Part shown: in pieces, positions 58,271 to 64,000 of the stretch | Position numbering within the stretch: position 1 is the first letter of the stretch | Layout: each line of letters begins with the position of its first letter | DNA from: a virus | Strand: one strand, 5' to 3' | Virus record (IMG/VR): IMGVR_UViG_3300042691_019533 | Span: 14,183-78,182 of that record | DNA length: 64,000 nt | Made by a program: the position numbers and the translations under genes | Notes under the pieces: model-generated | The model's database searches: none | What the model was told of the DNA's origin: nothing | The model's input: the letters and a program-made list of their open reading frames with translations, nothing else

Positions 58271-59074
58271 TTATTTAATATTTTTTAACATCAAAATTGA
58301 TTCTTTTTTTAAATCAACACATTCAATTAAATCGTAATCGATTTCGCCGTTAACCCAAACTATATATGATTTAGGAACGTTAAATGATGTTATTTTTTCT
58401 ATAATTGTAGAATATAAGGATAACTGTAAACTATATTTTATAAATTCACATTTATCTAAATGATTTAAACATTTTAAAAATTTTTCTTTGTATTGATTTT
58501 TCTTTTTAATTTCTTTGTTTGTTTTATAATCAAAAATAACTAGTTCTTTAGTTTTAAAATTATAAGAAAGATTATCAATCGTACCACATATACCAGATTG
58601 TTTATCACCAATTACAAATTCTGATTTTATTAAAATATGTTCTCGTTTCCACCAATCATAGAAATTTTTAAAATTTCTAATTAATTTTGCGACTTCCTTA
58701 TAGTAATTCTCTATCGAATTATCAGATTTAAATTCTTTTCTTTTATTAAAAAAAAGATTTATTGAATCTCGATCTAAGCTAATTTGTTTTCTGTTAAAGA
58801 AATTTTCTACATATTTATGAAATTCTGATCCTTTGTGACACGAATAATCTTTTGCAAATTCCCATTGATTTAAAACTTCTTCTACGGTAAACCCATCTCT
58901 TTGAGATACAAAAGATGCTGCTTTTTCTGAATCAAAAGGTTTTTCATAATCTTTAATTAATTGAGAAACAGACATTTTTGCTGGTTCTCCATTTATCGTG
59001 TACTTATGATTTTTTTCCAAAAAAAGAATATCTGAAAAACTATGTTCTAACTCCACTAATGTTTTAAAATCCAT
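58271..59074 (-). CDS. PD-(D/E)XK exonuclease (Cas4/RecB-like)
   Basis: HKY..SVSQLI, GSEFHKYVE, SEF, GTIDNL, IFDYKTNK, YSLQLSLY. Confidence 0.85.
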   Translation of the reverse strand: MDFKTLVELEHSFSDILFLEKNHKYTINGEPAKMSVSQLIKDYEKPFDSEKAASFVSQRDGFTVEEVLNQWEFAKDYSCHKGSEFHKYVENFFNRKQISLDRDSINLFFNKRKEFKSDNSIENYYKEVAKLIRNFKNFYDWWKREHILIKSEFVIGDKQSGICGTIDNLSYNFKTKELVIFDYKTNKEIKKKNQYKEKFLKCLNHLDKCEFIKYSLQLSLYSTIIEKITSFNVPKSYIVWVNGEIDYDLIECVDLKKESILMLKNIK

Positions 59075-60279
59075 TATATTCCAAATCCTATTCTCTTTTC
59101 TTCTTTTTTAATTTGATTCATTTCAGTTTTTTTTGTTAGATTATAGATATCTGCAATAACCATGTTTTTAGTAATATTTTCTTCTATTTCTTGTTCGGAA
59201 AAACCAAGATGACTTGCTAACTTTTTAGCGTCTTCTATATCTAGAGGACCAAATTCATAGTCAACTTGTAGTCTACCCTTTCTGCGTAATGCGTCATCGA
59301 TATCTTGTTTTGCGCAATTATACGTAATTATCAACGGACATCTTAAAACATCTCCTAAAATACCATCAGATAGATTTAAAAGAGATGTTACGGCAGACGA
59401 ATCGTAAGTATCACCCATCCTCTTAACTATTGCTTTTTCTGCATCTTCTAAAATCAATATTGAATTTTTCTTCTTTAATAAGCTAGAAAAAGTAGTTGGA
59501 TCATTAATAAATGTTTCTATCATATTAGCAGGGATATAGATAAAGTCTTTATCTACTTTGGTGGTTAAGTATTTTAGGAAAGTGCTCTTTCCAGCACCAG
59601 GAGATCCATGAAACATATATAACCCATTATCTTCGTTGTTTAATCTATTAATGATTTGCTTTTCAATATCTAAAAACTTTTTACCGTAATTTAATTCTAT
59701 ATTGATAACATCTGGTATCTTCATATCAATTGGATCAAAAACGTATTCGTCGTATCTATTCTTAACATATAAATGAATTTTTGTTGATTCTTGTTTTACT
59801 ATAAAAGATTCAAAATCTTTCAAATGCAAATTTGTAAGATTAGAAGTATAAACTATAAGCATTTCATATGTTTTTTTGGAATCTTCTTTTTGTTTTTCTT
59901 CTTTTGATCCGACTGAGAATTCGAGAATTTCCCCATCAGTTGATACAAATTTTGTAGAATTGGAATCATCAACTTCATCTTTTACCATTAATTTTACAAA
60001 AATATCTTTATATTCAAAAATAAGAGTTCCGCTTTTGAATGAAAAAGTATCTTTAATCAAAGATTTTAAATTTCCAGTACAAGAACTATAAATTAAACTA
60101 CCATTCTCTAATAAAAAAATCAAAATATCAGATCTGAACGCTTCAGTTAAATATAAAAAGCATGGAGGATAATCAGAATATGTTGTAATGTATTTATTAA
60201 GAGGAAATAAATTTCCACTATCATGAATATCATAATAACCACTTAGATCAGTTTTGAATTTGTTTTTTGATTTAAACAT
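59074..60279 (-). CDS. AAA+ ATPase (single domain, BCS1-like)
   Basis: HGSPGAGKST, ILILEDAE, LLNLSDG, DDALRRKGR, C-terminal RIGFG. Confidence 0.88.
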   Translation of the reverse strand: MFKSKNKFKTDLSGYYDIHDSGNLFPLNKYITTYSDYPPCFLYLTEAFRSDILIFLLENGSLIYSSCTGNLKSLIKDTFSFKSGTLIFEYKDIFVKLMVKDEVDDSNSTKFVSTDGEILEFSVGSKEEKQKEDSKKTYEMLIVYTSNLTNLHLKDFESFIVKQESTKIHLYVKNRYDEYVFDPIDMKIPDVINIELNYGKKFLDIEKQIINRLNNEDNGLYMFHGSPGAGKSTFLKYLTTKVDKDFIYIPANMIETFINDPTTFSSLLKKKNSILILEDAEKAIVKRMGDTYDSSAVTSLLNLSDGILGDVLRCPLIITYNCAKQDIDDALRRKGRLQVDYEFGPLDIEDAKKLASHLGFSEQEIEENITKNMVIADIYNLTKKTEMNQIKKEEKRIGFGI

Positions 60280-60475
60280 AAAAATATACTATACTTAAAA
60301 AAAATATTTGCAATAAAAAAATATTTTCTATATATCTTTTAAAAAATGAACAATTTATAGAAAAAATAATAAACAAAATATTATAATATGTTTATATATA
60401 AAAAGTTTAAAATAAACAAAATATAATTTATATATTGATTTTTTTTAAAAAATATGTTATGAAATAAGTATTAGA

Positions 60476-60850
60476 ATGAAAAGGTTGACTAAAAAACAAG
60501 TACTGGATATTCATGAAAAGTGTCTTAATTTGGTCAAAAGAAAACCGCCAGAGTTTTTTCAACTCAGAAAAATGAAAGCATCAGTTGGATTATGTAATTG
60601 GACTGATATTGAATTGGATTATAGAAGAGATTTAATATCAACAGCATACCATGAATGCGTACATTATCTATTTCCGGATTTTTCAGAATCAATGGTTCTT
60701 TATACTGAAAAAAGAATTGTAAATGTATGTGACCCATTTGATATTTCTTATTTTTTAAAAACCCTTGCGAATAAACTTTACAAATCAGAATTTCAAAAGT
60801 ATATATTAAAGCACCGAAAACTTAAAAAATTTAAACACAAAACAACATGA
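60476..60850 (+). CDS. Small HExxH (zincin-like) protein
   Basis: GLC..IELD..TAYHECVH..SE. Confidence 0.55.
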   Translation: MKRLTKKQVLDIHEKCLNLVKRKPPEFFQLRKMKASVGLCNWTDIELDYRRDLISTAYHECVHYLFPDFSESMVLYTEKRIVNVCDPFDISYFLKTLANKLYKSEFQKYILKHRKLKKFKHKTT

Positions 60851-61818
60851 TATTCGAAGAACAAATCTCGCGCAAACCAAACCTTTACCCATGGACAGAT
60901 GAATTTATTGAAGCTATGCACAATGGCTTTTGGACTGATAAAGAATTTTCATTCAAGTCTGATGTTCAACAATTTAAAGTAAATTTAACAGATCAAGAAA
61001 AAGAAATTATAATAAGAACTCTTTCTGCTATTGGACAAATCGAAATTGCAGTTAAAACGTTTTGGTCTAAGTTGGGAGAGAATTTACCTCACCCATCTCT
61101 TACTGATCTAGGTTTTGTTATGGCTAATGTTGAAGTTATCCACAACAATGCATACGAAAGATTGATTACTACATTAGGATTAGAAGATGTTTTTGAAAAA
61201 AATTTAAAACTCGACTGGATTCAAGGTCGTGTAAAATATCTTAAAAAATATACACATCGTTTTTATAAAGACAGTAAGAAACAATATCTTTATGCATTAA
61301 TTTTATTCACACTGTTTGTCGAAAACGTTTCTTTGTTTTCACAATTTTATGTAATCAATTGGTTTGCTAGACATAAGAATGTTCTTAAAGATACAGATCA
61401 ACAAGTAAAATACACACGCAATGAAGAAAATATACACGCTCTGGTTGGTATTAAAATCATTAATACAATACGTAATGAATATCCCGATCTTTTTGACGAT
61501 GAATTGGTTGAAAAGATTGTAAGCGAAGCAAAAGAAGCATTTGAATCCGAGGCTAAAATTATTGATTGGATGGTCAATGGAATAAAAGAAGAAGGTTTGA
61601 GTGCTACAATTCTAAAAGAATTTGTAAAAAACAGAATTAACGAATCGATGGAACAGATAAAGTTTCCTAAAGTTTTTGAAGTCGATAAAGAAATTTTATC
61701 ATCTACAAATTGGTTTTTAGAAGAATTGTTGGGAAATAACATGACTGATTTTTTCCATTCTCGTCCAACAGAATATTCTAAGAAAAATCAATCCTTTTCA
61801 GAAGATGATTTATTTTAA
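60847..61818 (+). CDS. nrdB: Ribonucleotide reductase class I beta subunit (class Id-like)
   Basis: FW, QIEIAVKTFW, EVIHNNAY, ENVSLFSQF, EENIH, DFFHSRPTEYSK. Confidence 0.93.
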   Translation: MIFEEQISRKPNLYPWTDEFIEAMHNGFWTDKEFSFKSDVQQFKVNLTDQEKEIIIRTLSAIGQIEIAVKTFWSKLGENLPHPSLTDLGFVMANVEVIHNNAYERLITTLGLEDVFEKNLKLDWIQGRVKYLKKYTHRFYKDSKKQYLYALILFTLFVENVSLFSQFYVINWFARHKNVLKDTDQQVKYTRNEENIHALVGIKIINTIRNEYPDLFDDELVEKIVSEAKEAFESEAKIIDWMVNGIKEEGLSATILKEFVKNRINESMEQIKFPKVFEVDKEILSSTNWFLEELLGNNMTDFFHSRPTEYSKKNQSFSEDDLF

Positions 61819-61975
61819 AGAAATTAAAACTCCAGAGGAAGTATCGGCTATTTACAAGTCTATTCAGGATGAATTAGTCGAGTTTGAACCAAATGAAACA
61901 GTCGAAGAACTATCAAAATCTTATGCTTTAGATCAAGAAGAAATTGTTAGAAAATTAAAATTAAAAAATATATGA
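61805..61975 (+). CDS. 56-aa acidic hypothetical protein (absent from the ORF track)
   Basis: MIYFKEIKTPEEVSAIYKSIQDELVEFEPNETVEELSKSYALDQEEIVRKLKLKNI; overlaps the nrdB end, ATGA overlap with the next gene. Confidence 0.65.
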   Translation: MIYFKEIKTPEEVSAIYKSIQDELVEFEPNETVEELSKSYALDQEEIVRKLKLKNI

Positions 61976-62559
61976 ATTTTGATAAAATTTATAATTCAAT
62001 TTTAGAAAGAGTTTTTCACGGAAGCGAACATGAAATAATTAATGGGTTTGATGAAAACAAAATAGGCTCATCTGGAGCGTCCGCATATGGTTGGGGTGCA
62101 TATTTTAGTGAAGACGAATCTTACGCAAAAACACAAGGAAAAGGTCATAATATTGACATGAATGGAAAAATGTATCATGTTGATATTGAGCTTCCCGAAG
62201 ACGACTTTTTAAAGTTGGATTATCCAATAAAAGAACAGTCTAAATTAATTAAAGATTTTGTTAAAAAATTTAAAGAACAAATAGATGCTGGATCTGGAAG
62301 ATATGGATTTAATGAAAATGATAGAGGAATGACCCTTTATAATAATATAAGAGAATCATTTGGTTGGCCGGAAGACCAAGGAGGACTCGAAAGAAGTAAA
62401 TGGGATCGTTATGGAAATAAGCAAAAAAACACCAGTATACTTTTATCAGAAAACGGAATCAAAGGCGGTATATTTTTTACATCAACTAAAAACGGTAATG
62501 TTAAAAATTACGTAATATATGATTTAAGTATTTTAAAAAATCTTCAAAGGATTTATTAA
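61972..62559 (+). CDS. ADP-ribosyltransferase-fold protein (ART-PolyVal-like) with propeptide-like N-terminus
   Basis: VFHGS..F..IGSSG..YGWGAYFS..YA, MYHVDI, GIKGGIF, NYVIYD. Confidence 0.65.
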   Translation: MNFDKIYNSILERVFHGSEHEIINGFDENKIGSSGASAYGWGAYFSEDESYAKTQGKGHNIDMNGKMYHVDIELPEDDFLKLDYPIKEQSKLIKDFVKKFKEQIDAGSGRYGFNENDRGMTLYNNIRESFGWPEDQGGLERSKWDRYGNKQKNTSILLSENGIKGGIFFTSTKNGNVKNYVIYDLSILKNLQRIY

Positions 62560-62567
62560 TTTTAACA

Positions 62568-62595
62568 TTGCTATTCAGCTTCAATTTGCTAAAGT
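62568..62595 (+). promoter_or_regulatory. Sigma70-type promoter TTGCTA-N16-(TG)TAAAGT for nrdA
   Basis: Motif read directly upstream of ATG 62611. Confidence 0.45.
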
Positions 62596-62610
62596 ATAAA
62601 AACTCATTTT

Positions 62611-64000
62611 ATGGAAAAAAATATATATTGGCTTAACAAAGATTCACGAAAATTTTTAGAGCGTGGCTATTTGTTAGAGGGTGAAACACCAGAACAAAGA
62701 ATCCGAGATATTGCGGAAACAGCGGAAAAATACTTAAACATTGAAGGATTCGCTGACAAATTTGAAGATTATATGCATAGAGGGTTTTACTCTTTATCAA
62801 GTCCAATTTGGGCTAATTTTGGACGTAAAAGAGGTCTTCCTATTTCTTGTTTTGGTTCTTATGTTGGTGATACTATGGAAGATATTATGAACAAAATATC
62901 TGAGGTTGCTTTGATGACAAAGCATGGTGGAGGAACATCTGCTTATTTTGGTGCATTACGTGGAAGAGGAACACCGATCTCTTCTGGTGGAGAATCTACC
63001 GGCTCTGTCCATTTCATGGAACTTTATGATAAGCTAATGGAAGTGGTTTCTCAAGGTAGTGTACGCAGGGGATCTTTTGCTGCTTATCTTCCTATTGACC
63101 ATCCAGACATTGAAGAATTTTTAAAAATCCGTGGAGAAGGACATGCGATCCAAAATCTTTCTATCGGTGTTTGTGTATCAGATGAATGGATGAAGAAGAT
63201 GGTAGATGGTGATAAAGAAGCTCGCCGGATATGGGGTCTTGTTATTAAAAAGCGTTTTGAATCTGGTTATCCTTACATTTTCTTTTCTGATAATGCTAAT
63301 AATCAAGCACCACAAATTTATAAAGACAAAGGATTAAAAATAAACAATTCCAATCTGTGTTCAGAGATTATGCTTTCAAACCAAGAAGATGAATCTTTTG
63401 TGTGTGATCTTTCTTCATTGAATTTGGAAACTTGGGAAGAGTGGAAAGCTAATGACGCAACAGAAGTTTTGGTGTATTTTCTAGATGCTGTGATGTCAGA
63501 ATTTATAGACAAGACAGAAGGAATTAAATTCATGGAAGCTCCTCGAAAGTTTGCTATGAATCAGAGAGCATTGGGAGTTGGTGTTCTTGGTTGGCATTCA
63601 TTATTACAATCCAAGATGATTGGTTTTGAATCAATGGAAGCAAAAATGTTAAACAATCAAGTTTGGAAGGGAATCAGAGAACGTGCTGATTATGCATCTA
63701 GATTTTTAGCTAAAAATTATGGGAATGCTCCGATTTACGAAGAAACCGAATACACAAGAAGAAACACAACAACACTTGCAGTTGCTCCAACAACATCATC
63801 GAGTTTTATTCTCGGCCAAGTATCTCCAAGTATAGAACCTCTCAATTCAAACTACTTTGTAAAAGATTTAGCCAAAGGCAAATTCACATTTAAAAATCCA
63901 TATCTTAAAAAACTTCTAAAGGAAAAAGGTAAAGACGACGATGATACTTGGAAGTCTATTCTTATTAAAGGTGGAAGTGTTCAACATTTAGATTTTCTTT
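62611..64000 (+). CDS. nrdA: Ribonucleotide reductase class I alpha subunit, runs off the window edge (absent from the ORF track)
   Basis: MEKNIYWLN..RGYL, SSPIWANFG..GLPISCF, GGGTS, SQGSVRRG, SNLCSEI, RALGVG, AVAPTTSSS; no N-terminal ATP cone. Confidence 0.95.
   Translation, partial: MEKNIYWLNKDSRKFLERGYLLEGETPEQRIRDIAETAEKYLNIEGFADKFEDYMHRGFYSLSSPIWANFGRKRGLPISCFGSYVGDTMEDIMNKISEVALMTKHGGGTSAYFGALRGRGTPISSGGESTGSVHFMELYDKLMEVVSQGSVRRGSFAAYLPIDHPDIEEFLKIRGEGHAIQNLSIGVCVSDEWMKKMVDGDKEARRIWGLVIKKRFESGYPYIFFSDNANNQAPQIYKDKGLKINNSNLCSEIMLSNQEDESFVCDLSSLNLETWEEWKANDATEVLVYFLDAVMSEFIDKTEGIKFMEAPRKFAMNQRALGVGVLGWHSLLQSKMIGFESMEAKMLNNQVWKGIRERADYASRFLAKNYGNAPIYEETEYTRRNTTTLAVAPTTSSSFILGQVSPSIEPLNSNYFVKDLAKGKFTFKNPYLKKLLKEKGKDDDDTWKSILIKGGSVQHLDFL

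Noticed and set aside
58271-59074. Cas4 as part of a CRISPR system
   Set aside because: No Fe-S cysteine cluster pattern, no other cas genes or array; a generic phage PD-(D/E)XK exonuclease
61805-62610. Homing endonuclease or group I intron between nrdB and nrdA
   Set aside because: Both nrd genes are uninterrupted, and the intervening ORFs lack HNH, GIY-YIG and LAGLIDADG motifs
298-63533. Short opposite-strand ORFs in the track (e.g. 298-507, 1116-1331, 2852-3298, 10933-11397, 34807-35106, 45427-46101, 57428-58288, 61398-61742, 63318-63533)
   Set aside because: They are shadows of well-supported genes on the other strand, with Ser/Phe/Leu-biased composition and no promoter or motif support
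1-64000. Alternative genetic code (stop-codon reassignment), as in some large AT-rich phages
   Set aside because: Core genes are full length in the standard code with high coding density, and TAA, TAG and TGA all end genes
1-64000. tRNA genes, rRNA, CRISPR array, integrase or transposase
   Set aside because: Intergenic gaps are short and AT-rich; I saw no cloverleaf, repeat-spacer periodicity or recombinase motifs (by eye only)
60847-64000. Bacteroidota host inferred from the class Id-like RNR and lack of Shine-Dalgarno sequences
   Set aside because: Pre-late promoters match TTGACA/TATAAT rather than the Bacteroidota TTTG/TAnnTTTG consensus; host left unassigned

Overview
A 64-kb, very AT-rich (roughly 25% GC by eye) segment of a large T4-like myophage read in the standard genetic code. 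From left to right it carries: a holin plus muramidase lysis pair; a rightward replication/recombination block (uvsY, uvsW, late sigma gp55, gp47, gp46, B-family polymerase gp43, uvsX, gp41, a DHH protein, gp32, gp45); a leftward contractile-tail block (split gp5 spike, gp27-, gp3-, gp53-, gp48-, gp26-, gp54-like genes, tape measure, tube, sheath) with the large terminase embedded in it; then phoH, a gp14-like neck gene, probable capsid-internal proteins, an AAA ATPase/nuclease pair and nrdB-nrdA. Main points of interest: (1) a 12.3-kb, 16-gene glycan-synthesis and methylation island wedged between gp47 and gp46, plus another glycosyltransferase directly before the polymerase; (2) a gp5 spike split into two genes, with a Zn-peptidase-like domain inside the OB-fold and a Cys-clamped hydrophobic insert in the needle; (3) an ADP-ribosyltransferase-like gene with a propeptide-like N-terminus between nrdB and nrdA; (4) near-leaderless expression, with sigma70-type and TAA(A/G)TA late boxes mostly 5-10 nt from start codons and no evident Shine-Dalgarno sequences; (5) an orphan promoter with a hairpin pointing antisense into the lysis genes. 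All family assignments are from motif recognition by eye; no database searches were run.
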